From an uncultured Bacteroidales bacterium (GTDB lineage: Bacteria > Bacteroidota > Bacteroidia > Bacteroidales > TTA-H9), in contig CAYUII010000016.1 in assembly GCA_964444785.1 (NCBI GenBank), positions 16,897 through 80,896 on the forward strand: a stretch of 64,000 bases of DNA. Direction: 5' to 3'. Position numbers and translations under genes: made by a program. The notes beneath the pieces are model-generated. The model searched no databases. It saw nothing but the letters and a program-made list of their open reading frames with translations, and was not told the DNA's origin. Positions 16,022-24,323 of this stretch are shown one piece after another (positions within the stretch are counted from its first letter, which is position 1; every line of letters starts with the position of its first letter).

Positions 16022-18961
16022 ATGAATAGTCTCAATCTGCATAATCTTGTCGAAGAGCTTAAAGCAAACTTTAAAGGTGAAGTAAAGTATGATGATAGCA
16101 CACTTTTAATGTATTCTACAGATGCTTCAGCTTATCGGGAGAAGCCTCTTTTCGTGGTATATCCAAAAGATGAAGCAGACATTAAAAACTTAATTCATTT
16201 TGCGATCTCTCATAAGATTCCTCTGATTCCAAGAACAGCTGGTACATCATTGGCAGGTCAGGTTGTAGGAAGTGGAGTTATTGTTGATCTATCTATGCAT
16301 TTTAATCAGATTTTGGAATTTAATCCGACGCAAAGATGGGTAAAAGTTAGACCTGGAGTTGTTTTAGATGAGCTAAACAAAACATTAAAACCTCATAATC
16401 TGTTATTTGGTCCTGAAACATCGACCTCTAATCGCTGTATGATTGGAGGGATGGTAGGCAACAATTCATGTGGTGCTCATAGCCTGATTTATGGGAGTAC
16501 GCGTGATCATACTCTACAGGTTGAAGGTTTTTTATCAGATGGTTCATTTGTTTCTTTTGAATCCATTAATGCTGAGACTTTTAAGGATAAAATGAACTTA
16601 AACAGCCTAGAGGGTGAATTATATAGACATATCTATGGCCTTTTAAGTCAAGAAGAAGTTAGAGAGGAGATTAAAAAGCATTATCCGCACCCTGAAATTA
16701 AACGTAGGAACACCGGTTATGCTTTAGACCTACTAATGAAATGTGAAATTTTTAATGAAGGATCTCAAGATTTTAACTTTTGTAATCTAATTGCAGGTTC
16801 TGAAGGAACCTTGTTATTTATTACCGCTATCAAATTGAATCTGGTTGATCTTCCTCCCTCGGAGGTTGGGTTGTGTTGTGTCCATACAAAAACAGTAAAA
16901 GAGGCATTATATGCAAACCTAATTGCTTTAAAGCACAAACCAGCCTCTATAGAATTGATGGATAAAACAATAATGGACTTAACAAAAGAGAATATTGAGC
17001 AGGCTAAAAATCGTTTTTTTGTAAAAGGAGATCCTGGAGCTATTCTTATCGTTGAGTTTGTTGGTGAAGATAAAGAAGAGATAAAAAAACGAGCCACGGT
17101 TATGGAGGCTGAACTTAAAGAGGCCGGACTTGGCTACGAATTTCCTCTTGTGACTGGTTCTGATGTTAAAAAAGTATGGAATCTTAGAAAAGCCGGATTG
17201 GGGGTACTTCAAAATATGCCTGGTGATGCTAAACCCGTACCAGTAATTGAAGATACTGCCGTTAGGCCAATTGATCTGCCTAATTATATCGCAGATTTTG
17301 ACCAGATGCTTCAGACCCTAGATCTGAGTTGCGTATATTATGCTCATATTGCCACAGGAGAACTACATCTTAGACCGGTTCTGAATTTAAAATCATCTGT
17401 AGATGTTGAAAAATTTAGAAAGGTGGCACATGAAACAGCGCTAATTGTAAAGAAATATAATGGCTCTCTATCAGGAGAGCATGGAGATGGACGGTTAAGA
17501 GGAGAGTTTATCCCGTTAATGATCGGAGAGAAAAACTACAATTATCTTATTGATCTGAAAAAGAAATGGGATCCAAATGGAGTATTTAATCCAGGAAAAA
17601 TTACCAATACTCCTGCTATGGATAGTCATCTTCGATTCAGTGCGGAGCAAAAACACAATGCAATAAAGACTTTTTATAATTTTGATAAAGACTTGGGGTT
17701 TTTAAGAGCTGTTGAGCGTTGCAATGGTTCTGGAGATTGTAGAAAATCTTCTATTATAGGAGGTACTATGTGCCCTTCTTTCATGGCCACCCGGTTGGAA
17801 CATAACACAACCCGAGCAAGAGCCAATATACTAAGAGAATTCATTACCAATTCTTCCAAGAAAAATCCTTTTAATCATCAAGAGATTTATGACGTTTTAG
17901 ATCTCTGCCTCTCCTGCAAAGCCTGTAAGGCAGAATGCCCATCAAACGTAGATATGGCAAAACTAAAGGGGGAGTTTTTGCAACACTATTATGACTCAAA
18001 CGGTGTTCCATTTAGAACAATGGTCATAGCTTATATAACCTCTATTAATCAATTTGGGGCATTAATCCCCTCTATTACTAATCTATTTTTAAAACCAGGG
18101 CTGTTTTCGTCTGCCTTCAAATCGATTTTGGGGTTCGCAAAACATCGCTCTATGCCTCTCCTATCTTCCATAACCTTGAAAAAATGGTTTATCAACCATA
18201 GTAAAGGCATTGAGTATAACAAAAAACAACAAGTTCTCCTTTTTGCCGACGAGTTTACAAACTACAATGAGTCAGAGATTGGAATAAAAACAATTATGCT
18301 CTTAGAGTATCTTGGATATGAGGTAATTATTCCTAGACATGTTCAAAGTGGAAGGACATTTATTAGTAAGGGATTATTAAGAAAGGCCAAAAGAATAGCT
18401 AATCATAATGTTTTATTATTAAAGGATAAGGTATCTTCAGATAGTCCGTTAATCGGAATTGAGCCATCAGCTATTTTAAGTTTTAGAGATGAGTATCCTG
18501 ATTTAGTCTCGCCTGAATTAGTCGACTCGGCAAAAAGCATTGGAAAGAATGCATTTTTAATTGAGGAATTTGTCATGCTGGAGGTAAAATCAGGGAAGAT
18601 AAATGCCTCACAATTTACTACAGAAAAGCGTGAAATCTTATATCACGGACATTGCCAACAAAAAGCCATCGCATCAACGAAAGAAACAATCGATTTTATG
18701 TCGATTCCGGCAAATTATTCTGTGAAAGAGATTCCTTCAGGGTGTTGTGGAATGGCTGGATCATTTGGTTATGAAAAAGAACATTACGATTTATCAATGA
18801 AGGTGGGAGAACTAGTATTGATTCCGACAATAAGAAACTGTTCAGAAACTACCATCATAGCCGCTAGTGGAACCTCTTGTCGTCATCAAATTAAAGATGG
18901 AACCCAAAGGAAGGCATTCCACCCTGTGGAAGTATTATTTGAAGCAATACGTCGGGACTAA
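16022..18961 (+). CDS. FAD-binding oxidase fused to Fe-S/CCG domains (YdiJ-like D-2-hydroxyacid dehydrogenase)
   Basis: 979 aa. FAD-binding PCMH-type N-terminus (PRTAGTSLAGQ), central CxxCxxCxxxCP motif (CLSCKACKAECP), C-terminal Cys-rich CCG-like repeats (SGCCGMAG). Confidence 0.85.
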   Translation: MNSLNLHNLVEELKANFKGEVKYDDSTLLMYSTDASAYREKPLFVVYPKDEADIKNLIHFAISHKIPLIPRTAGTSLAGQVVGSGVIVDLSMHFNQILEFNPTQRWVKVRPGVVLDELNKTLKPHNLLFGPETSTSNRCMIGGMVGNNSCGAHSLIYGSTRDHTLQVEGFLSDGSFVSFESINAETFKDKMNLNSLEGELYRHIYGLLSQEEVREEIKKHYPHPEIKRRNTGYALDLLMKCEIFNEGSQDFNFCNLIAGSEGTLLFITAIKLNLVDLPPSEVGLCCVHTKTVKEALYANLIALKHKPASIELMDKTIMDLTKENIEQAKNRFFVKGDPGAILIVEFVGEDKEEIKKRATVMEAELKEAGLGYEFPLVTGSDVKKVWNLRKAGLGVLQNMPGDAKPVPVIEDTAVRPIDLPNYIADFDQMLQTLDLSCVYYAHIATGELHLRPVLNLKSSVDVEKFRKVAHETALIVKKYNGSLSGEHGDGRLRGEFIPLMIGEKNYNYLIDLKKKWDPNGVFNPGKITNTPAMDSHLRFSAEQKHNAIKTFYNFDKDLGFLRAVERCNGSGDCRKSSIIGGTMCPSFMATRLEHNTTRARANILREFITNSSKKNPFNHQEIYDVLDLCLSCKACKAECPSNVDMAKLKGEFLQHYYDSNGVPFRTMVIAYITSINQFGALIPSITNLFLKPGLFSSAFKSILGFAKHRSMPLLSSITLKKWFINHSKGIEYNKKQQVLLFADEFTNYNESEIGIKTIMLLEYLGYEVIIPRHVQSGRTFISKGLLRKAKRIANHNVLLLKDKVSSDSPLIGIEPSAILSFRDEYPDLVSPELVDSAKSIGKNAFLIEEFVMLEVKSGKINASQFTTEKREILYHGHCQQKAIASTKETIDFMSIPANYSVKEIPSGCCGMAGSFGYEKEHYDLSMKVGELVLIPTIRNCSETTIIAASGTSCRHQIKDGTQRKAFHPVEVLFEAIRRD

Positions 18962-19123
18962 TCCCGTTATATATAGCAAGCATTTAGTAATCAGCAGTTA
19001 AACCTATTATTGATTGTTTAGTTTTCAATCAATTCCAATTTTTGCGAATTGTTTTTGATAATTCGGAATTTATTCACAACTACGAATTTCATAAATAGAG
19101 TATTATCAGTTATTTATAATAAT

Positions 19124-19139
19124 TGGTATAAAGATTGCT
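19124..19139 (+). promoter_or_regulatory. Candidate sigma-54 (-24/-12) promoter
   Basis: TGGTATAAAGATTGCT has GG-N10-GC spacing with TGG and TTGC conserved. It lies 48 nt upstream of the lipoprotein ATG. Three CG(G)AATT motifs at 19045, 19064 and 19083 sit upstream at 19-bp spacing. Confidence 0.4.
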
Positions 19140-19186
19140 AATACTAAGGCAAGCTAAAAATTAGGATAAACTAAATCCGAATAACT

Positions 19187-20392
19187 ATGAAAAGATCAAT
19201 TTTTGCGCTCTTAGTCGTAGGTGCCATCTTCGCAGGCTGTAGCAAAGATGAGTCGACCTCACCTGTTGTGAGTTCAGATGAGAAGGTTCTTACCGACCAG
19301 ACTGAACTTAACAAAGCAATGGTTTATCAGCATGTTCCCATCACCTTTGAAGGTGGTTTAAAGATGGGTTCTGGTTTCACTTTAGAGGCCACTGCCCTTT
19401 CACCAACCTTAAACGGTGTAAAACTAAGTGCTACTTATGTTTTATTCCGTAATAACAAGGCTTATGTTACCTATCATGAACGTGGAGAAGGCCATAAAGG
19501 TTATGTTCGCGTTTATGATGTTTCAACACCTTCTACTCCGGTTATCACAACCGCATTACCATTCAACGATATCGATATCAATGCTGCCGATATCAATCAG
19601 GCTGGTACTAAGCTCTATCTTGCTGGTTCATCTTTCAAGAAAGGTGCTGTGCTTTTGGTTATCGACCTTAATGCAAATGGTGACCTAACTGCTCCTTATT
19701 TAACCGTTCCAGTAGGTGCACCAGCTGCTTCAGCAAATGGTGTAGTTCAAGCTGCTGATTGGATTTATGTTTCAGTTGGATCTACAAATGGTGGTCTGTA
19801 TGCACTGAATGCAATTTCTTACAGCGTTGTAGGAAATGATCTTTATGATGGTGCAAGTTTCTCTGCCGCTAACGGCCGTGTTATCAACAAACGCCACGCT
19901 GCACTGGAAGGTAATTTGGTTAATTCTATTCTTCACGTTTATAAAGTCGGTAGCGCTGACCAAGCTGATGAATTTAAGTATTCAATTGGACCTATAGAGC
20001 ATCAAAATGTTGAAGCCAACTATATTACAGCTGGTAAGAGTACCATTTTCATGAGAGAAAACGCAACTACCTGTTTTATTGCTAGAGGTAAATATGGTAT
20101 GAAGGCAATTGATATCTTGACGGGTAATCTCGTTTATGAATCTCCTGCCAATATGATCACTTATGGTAATACCAATGCGGTTAGTCAGGATAATGATTAT
20201 ATATATATGGCTAATGGAGCTCAAGGCGTTACTTTTGCTACTCCAGGACCTGGAACAAATATCACCATTACCGGCATATGGAATGATGACCTATTAACAC
20301 CTGCAAGTGCAAACTTTGTTGCTAGCAATTCAACTCATGTTTTTGTTGCTAACGGTAAAGAAGGTGGTCTAAAGATTTTGTTGAAAAACTAA
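19187..20392 (+). CDS. Lipoprotein, probable beta-propeller (LVIVD-repeat-like)
   Basis: Signal peptide plus lipobox (AIFAGCSKDE). Repetitive beta-rich sequence with LLVIDL-type strands. Confidence 0.6.
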   Translation: MKRSIFALLVVGAIFAGCSKDESTSPVVSSDEKVLTDQTELNKAMVYQHVPITFEGGLKMGSGFTLEATALSPTLNGVKLSATYVLFRNNKAYVTYHERGEGHKGYVRVYDVSTPSTPVITTALPFNDIDINAADINQAGTKLYLAGSSFKKGAVLLVIDLNANGDLTAPYLTVPVGAPAASANGVVQAADWIYVSVGSTNGGLYALNAISYSVVGNDLYDGASFSAANGRVINKRHAALEGNLVNSILHVYKVGSADQADEFKYSIGPIEHQNVEANYITAGKSTIFMRENATTCFIARGKYGMKAIDILTGNLVYESPANMITYGNTNAVSQDNDYIYMANGAQGVTFATPGPGTNITITGIWNDDLLTPASANFVASNSTHVFVANGKEGGLKILLKN

Positions 20393-20410
20393 ATTATAAG
20401 ATTTCTAAAT

Positions 20411-20442
20411 AAAAAAAGGCTGCCTTAGAGCAGCCTTTTTTT
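20411..20442. terminator. Bidirectional intrinsic terminator
   Basis: A-run, GGCTGC / GCAGCC stem, T-run, between convergent genes. Confidence 0.7.
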
Positions 20443-20558
20443 ATTTAATACAGTTAGTTTTACTTAATCCTTTAGCCAGGATCATTTAAAAAGGTAAACT
20501 ATTCCATTTTAGTTGGTTATTATCCAAGCTAAATTAAGGATTCCGAATTGGGCCGGAT

Positions 20559-20585
20559 ATGGAGAGGATACGGAGGGGAATGAGA
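20559..20585 (+). repeat. Solo copy of the purine-rich dispersed repeat
   Basis: ATGGAGAGGATACGGAGGGGAATGAGA abuts the stop of the yigZ-like gene. Confidence 0.5.
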
Positions 20586-20590
20586 AATCG

Positions 20591-21214
20591 TTACCACATC
20601 GGTTGGTTATAAACCTTATAAGTTACTCCATATATTAAAGAGAGATTCTCAAGAAGTTCCAATTCCTTACTTTTAATCAGTTCCACCCCTACCCTGCATT
20701 CCTGTAAGTATTCAGTTAGGTGAATGGTGGCATCAACTTTTTTAATCGATTTCATGACTTCACTCATAGTTGAATAATTAAAATCGATTACTACATATGA
20801 CGGAATTAGAAACTCCCGAATATCGGCCTTTTCAAGAGCATCAAGAGTTGCTAGTTTATAAGCATTTATTAACCCGGGCACACCTAGTTTTATTCCACCA
20901 AAGTACCTGATCACAACTATAAGAATGTTAGTTAAATCATTTGATAGAAGTTGGTTGTAAATTGGCTTTCCTGCTGTACCAGAAGGTTCCCCATCGTCAT
21001 TGGTGCGATAATGAGATTTATCGGGGCCTAATATCCAAGCATAACAATGATGTCGAGCATCATAGTACTCTTTCTTTAATAAGTCAATTTGATCTTTGAT
21101 TTCTGCTTCAGAAGTTACAGGATAAGCAAACGAGATAAACTTGCTTCCCTTCTCTTTATAGAGACCTGATTCTGGTTTAACAATGGAGAGATATTTTGTT
21201 GTTTGATAGCTCAT
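20591..21214 (-). CDS. YigZ/IMPACT-family protein
   Basis: 207 aa. KGSKFISFAYPV...ARHHCYAW...DDGEPSGTAGKPI signature of UPF0029/IMPACT N-terminal domains. Confidence 0.85.
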   Translation of the reverse strand: MSYQTTKYLSIVKPESGLYKEKGSKFISFAYPVTSEAEIKDQIDLLKKEYYDARHHCYAWILGPDKSHYRTNDDGEPSGTAGKPIYNQLLSNDLTNILIVVIRYFGGIKLGVPGLINAYKLATLDALEKADIREFLIPSYVVIDFNYSTMSEVMKSIKKVDATIHLTEYLQECRVGVELIKSKELELLENLSLIYGVTYKVYNQPMW

Positions 21215-21232
21215 GGGACAATTTTCTCATAA

Positions 21233-21240
21233 CAAAAGTA
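21233..21240 (-). promoter_or_regulatory. -7 promoter motif TActTTTG upstream of the yigZ-like gene
   Basis: Plus strand CAAAAGTA, 19 nt upstream of the ATG (21214). Confidence 0.4.
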
Positions 21241-21398
21241 TGAATTTGTCTGGAAAAAGAGTTTTTATAAGCCTTATCATGAAAAAAATTAACACACTAC
21301 ATATCTGTACAACAGATATTTAAGTAGTTTTTATGACTAAACGTGAAAAAAAGTTAAAAAAAGTTAACCGAAATGCTTGCTATTTTGAAAATACGTTG

Positions 21399-21406
21399 TA
21401 CCTTTG
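21399..21406 (+). promoter_or_regulatory. -7 promoter motif TAccTTTG with upstream TTG
   Basis: TACCTTTG, with a TTG at 21377-21379 (19-nt gap). The ATG of the small lipoprotein is at 21439. Confidence 0.45.
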
Positions 21407-21438
21407 TCGTGCAAAACAAACCTAAAACTAAAAGTTTA

Positions 21439-21693
21439 ATGAAAAAGTTTAATGTTGTTCTCGTTGGTGTAGCAATTGCTGCTCTTACCGCTTGCGGCCC
21501 AAGCGCTGCTGAAAAAGCTGAAAAAGCTCGTCAAGATTCTATCCGCATCGCTGATTCAATCGCTAAGGTTGAAGCTGAAAAACAGCGCGTTGCTGACAGC
21601 ATCGCTATGGCAGAACAAGCTGCAAAAGAAAAGGCTATCGCCGATTCAATTGCTGCTGCTGAAGCTAACAAAAAAGGTGGCAAGAAGAAATAA
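21439..21693 (+). CDS. Small lipoprotein with ADSIA-type helical repeats
   Basis: 84 aa from MKKFNVVLVGVAIAALTACG (lipobox). ADSIA occurs four times. Lys-rich tail, strong terminator downstream. The ORF is open from 21373. Confidence 0.65.
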   Translation: MKKFNVVLVGVAIAALTACGPSAAEKAEKARQDSIRIADSIAKVEAEKQRVADSIAMAEQAAKEKAIADSIAAAEANKKGGKKK

Positions 21694-21712
21694 TTTCTCT
21701 TCCAACGAAATG

Positions 21713-21742
21713 AAAAGGGATGGTTTACGCCATCCCTTTTTT
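21713..21742 (+). terminator. Intrinsic terminator
   Basis: AAAAGGGATGG / CCATCCCTTTT stem followed by a T-run. Confidence 0.8.
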
Positions 21743-21800
21743 ATTTATGAAATGCGTACCTTTACTTAGGGAAGAATAGTAAAACCAAAAGGCTGGACTC

Positions 21801-23870
21801 GTGATATTCAAACTTACATCGGAATTTCAACCTACCGGAGATCAACCGCAAGCCATTAAGCAATTAACAGAAAGTATTGAACGCGGGGATCAAGCAAACG
21901 TATTATTAGGTGTTACTGGAAGCGGAAAGACTTTTACCGTTGCAAATGTAATTGCAAATCTAAATAGACCTACTTTAGTGTTGAGTCATAACAAGACACT
22001 TGCGGCCCAACTATATAGTGAGTTTAAACAGTTCTTTCCTGAAAATGCAGTTGAATACTTTGTATCTTATTATGATTATTATCAGCCAGAAGCCTATCTG
22101 CCAACGACAAATACATATATTGAGAAAGATCTAAGTATTAATGACGAAATAGAAAAGCTTCGATTAAGTACGTCAAGTTCTTTGCTGTCAGGTAGGCGTG
22201 ATATAATTGTTGTCTCTTCAGTAAGTTGTATCTATGGTATAGGAAATCCAGATGATTTTAATGCTGGAACTATCAGAATAAAGATTGGGGAGACCTACAG
22301 TCGAACAAAGTTTCTACTAGACCTAGTTGCTAGTTTGTACTCAAGAACAGAAGCTGAATTTAAGCGAGGTAATTTTAGGGTAAAAGGAGATACTATAGAT
22401 GTGTTTCCTGCTTATGCTGATGAAGCTTTTAGATTCATGTTTTGGGGAGATGAAATTGAGACTATTGAGATCTTTGACCCAGTGAATGGCTATACCCTTG
22501 AAAATTTACAAGATTGTACCATTTATCCTGCTAATATTTTCGTAACCTCACATGATCAAATGAAACGTGCAGTAAATGAAATACAGTCAGATTTGATCAA
22601 GCAGGTTGAATACTTCAATTCGATTGGCAAAGGATTTGAGGGGAAACGACTAGCTGATAGAGTATCTTATGATATAGAGATGATGAAAGAGCTTGGTTAT
22701 TGCTCTGGTATAGAAAACTATAGTAGATATTTTGATGGGAGGAAGCCTGGAAGTCGCCCATTTTGTTTATTAGATTTTTTTCCATCTGATTTTCTTCTTG
22801 TTATTGATGAGAGCCATGTTACTGTTCCTCAAATCAGAGCTATGTACGGTGGAGATAGATCTAGAAAGCAAACTTTAGTCGAATATGGTTTTCGTCTTCC
22901 ATCAGCGATGGATAATCGTCCATTGAAGTTTGAAGAGTTCGAGAATATAGTAAATCAGGTTATTTATGTTAGCGCAACACCAGCCGATTATGAATTACAA
23001 CAATCTTTAGGTGTTGTGACAGAACAATTAATAAGACCCACTGGATTATTAGATCCTGTTATTGAGGTCAGGCCTAGCTTAAATCAAATTGATGATTTGC
23101 TGGAGGAAATAGAGGTAACGATCACCAGGGGTAATAGGGTTTTAATCACAACTCTAACAAAGAGAATGGCCGAAGAATTATCAAAATATCTACAAAAGAT
23201 GGGTATTAGATGTGAATACATCCATTCTGATGTAGAGACGCTTGAACGTGTTGAAATAATGAGAAATCTGCGCCAAGGCTTTTTTGATGTTTTAATAGGT
23301 GTCAATCTACTAAGAGAAGGATTAGATCTACCTGAAGTTGCTTTAGTTGCTATCCTAGATGCCGACAAAGAAGGGTTTTTAAGAAACACTAAATCGCTTA
23401 CTCAAACAGCAGGTCGTGCAGCTAGAAATGTTGAAGCCAAGGTTATTATGTACGCTGACACCATGACTAGATCAATGAAAGAAACCATTGATGAGACAAA
23501 TCGTAGAAGAGAAATTCAACTGAAGTACAATGAGGAGAATGGTATCACTCCTAAAGGTGTAATACGTGCTCATAATGAAATTTTAAGTCATAAGAATGCT
23601 GGGACTATACCTACAAAAGCCTATGTGGAAAAGGATAGTCCCTTAATTGCAGCTGAACCCATACTAATGAAAATGGATAAGCTACAACTTCAACATTTAA
23701 TTGAAACAAAGAAAAAGGAATTAAATAAGGTAGTCAAGGATTTAGACTTTATAGAGGCAGCACGCATTAGAGATGAAGTAATCGAGCTAGAAGATCTTTT
23801 AAACCAAAAGAAAGATAATATTGAAAATGATGTAACCTACCCTAAAAAAGAACGTAAAATCAAGAAATAG
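21801..23870 (+). CDS. uvrB: Excinuclease ABC subunit B
   Basis: 689 aa. GDQPQAI, Walker A GVTGSGKT, YYDYYQPEAY, helicase motifs and C-terminal UVR domain (FIEAARIRDE). GTG start. Confidence 0.97.
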   Translation: MIFKLTSEFQPTGDQPQAIKQLTESIERGDQANVLLGVTGSGKTFTVANVIANLNRPTLVLSHNKTLAAQLYSEFKQFFPENAVEYFVSYYDYYQPEAYLPTTNTYIEKDLSINDEIEKLRLSTSSSLLSGRRDIIVVSSVSCIYGIGNPDDFNAGTIRIKIGETYSRTKFLLDLVASLYSRTEAEFKRGNFRVKGDTIDVFPAYADEAFRFMFWGDEIETIEIFDPVNGYTLENLQDCTIYPANIFVTSHDQMKRAVNEIQSDLIKQVEYFNSIGKGFEGKRLADRVSYDIEMMKELGYCSGIENYSRYFDGRKPGSRPFCLLDFFPSDFLLVIDESHVTVPQIRAMYGGDRSRKQTLVEYGFRLPSAMDNRPLKFEEFENIVNQVIYVSATPADYELQQSLGVVTEQLIRPTGLLDPVIEVRPSLNQIDDLLEEIEVTITRGNRVLITTLTKRMAEELSKYLQKMGIRCEYIHSDVETLERVEIMRNLRQGFFDVLIGVNLLREGLDLPEVALVAILDADKEGFLRNTKSLTQTAGRAARNVEAKVIMYADTMTRSMKETIDETNRRREIQLKYNEENGITPKGVIRAHNEILSHKNAGTIPTKAYVEKDSPLIAAEPILMKMDKLQLQHLIETKKKELNKVVKDLDFIEAARIRDEVIELEDLLNQKKDNIENDVTYPKKERKIKK

Positions 23871-23875
23871 GTTGA

Positions 23876-23883
23876 TATTTTTG
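23876..23883 (+). promoter_or_regulatory. -7 promoter motif TAttTTTG at the head of the EPS locus
   Basis: TATTTTTG, 32 nt upstream of the ATG at 23916. Confidence 0.45.
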
Positions 23884-23915
23884 TAAATTAGTAAGTTTTT
23901 GATAAACTACTTATT

Positions 23916-24302
23916 ATGAAGAAGAAAATTCTTGTTATCGATGATGAGCAGAGTATTAGGCTACTGCTTGAAAACTTTCTAAAAAAGGAGTATGAAGTAG
24001 TTACCACTAATAATGGAGAAGAAGGACTAAACTGGTTAGAAACAAATATTCCATCATTGATTATCTGTGATATACAGATGCCAATAATGGATGGATATGA
24101 GTTTATTAAAAGAGTAAGAGCAAGTGGTTTTCAAAAACATACTCCAATCTTAATGCTCTCAGGGGAAGAAAGCTCGGATAGTCGTGTAAAGTGTTATAAG
24201 TTAGGAGCGCAAGATTTTCTAGTTAAACCGTTTAATTTTCAAGAATTAGAAGCTTTAATTCATAAGAATATCTTCCCTATTCATTACGCAATCGAATGGT
24301 AA
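23916..24302 (+). CDS. Single-domain response regulator
   Basis: ILVIDDE, LIICDIQMPIMDG, MLSGE, FLVKPF. Canonical receiver. Confidence 0.85.
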   Translation: MKKKILVIDDEQSIRLLLENFLKKEYEVVTTNNGEEGLNWLETNIPSLIICDIQMPIMDGYEFIKRVRASGFQKHTPILMLSGEESSDSRVKCYKLGAQDFLVKPFNFQELEALIHKNIFPIHYAIEW

Positions 24303-24323
24303 ATAATTAATCCATAACCAAAC

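Noticed and set aside
16765-17212. Two minus-strand ORFs (110 and 77 aa) inside the YdiJ-like gene. The same applies to the other antisense or out-of-frame track ORFs: 5267-5479, 10762-10965, 12080-12268, 13586-13795, 17674-17859, 19428-20224, 23084-23389, 26251-26565, 27964-28185, 30246-30497, 31711-31935, 36236-36430, 37472-37657, 38123-38443, 41272-41463, 41864-42064, 44378-45113, 45549-45740, 46820-47403, 48265-48447, 51395-51664, 52559-52747, 57949-58176, 58273-58488, 59526-59768 and 61629-61937.
   Set aside because: All are nested in or antisense to long ORFs with clear domain signatures. Their translations are low-complexity, Ser/Leu/Ile-rich shadow frames typical of AT-rich genomes.
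21476-21769. 97-aa ORF in an alternative frame of the small lipoprotein gene
   Set aside because: It runs through the terminator hairpin. The lipoprotein frame has a signal peptide, a lipobox and a sensible stop before the terminator.
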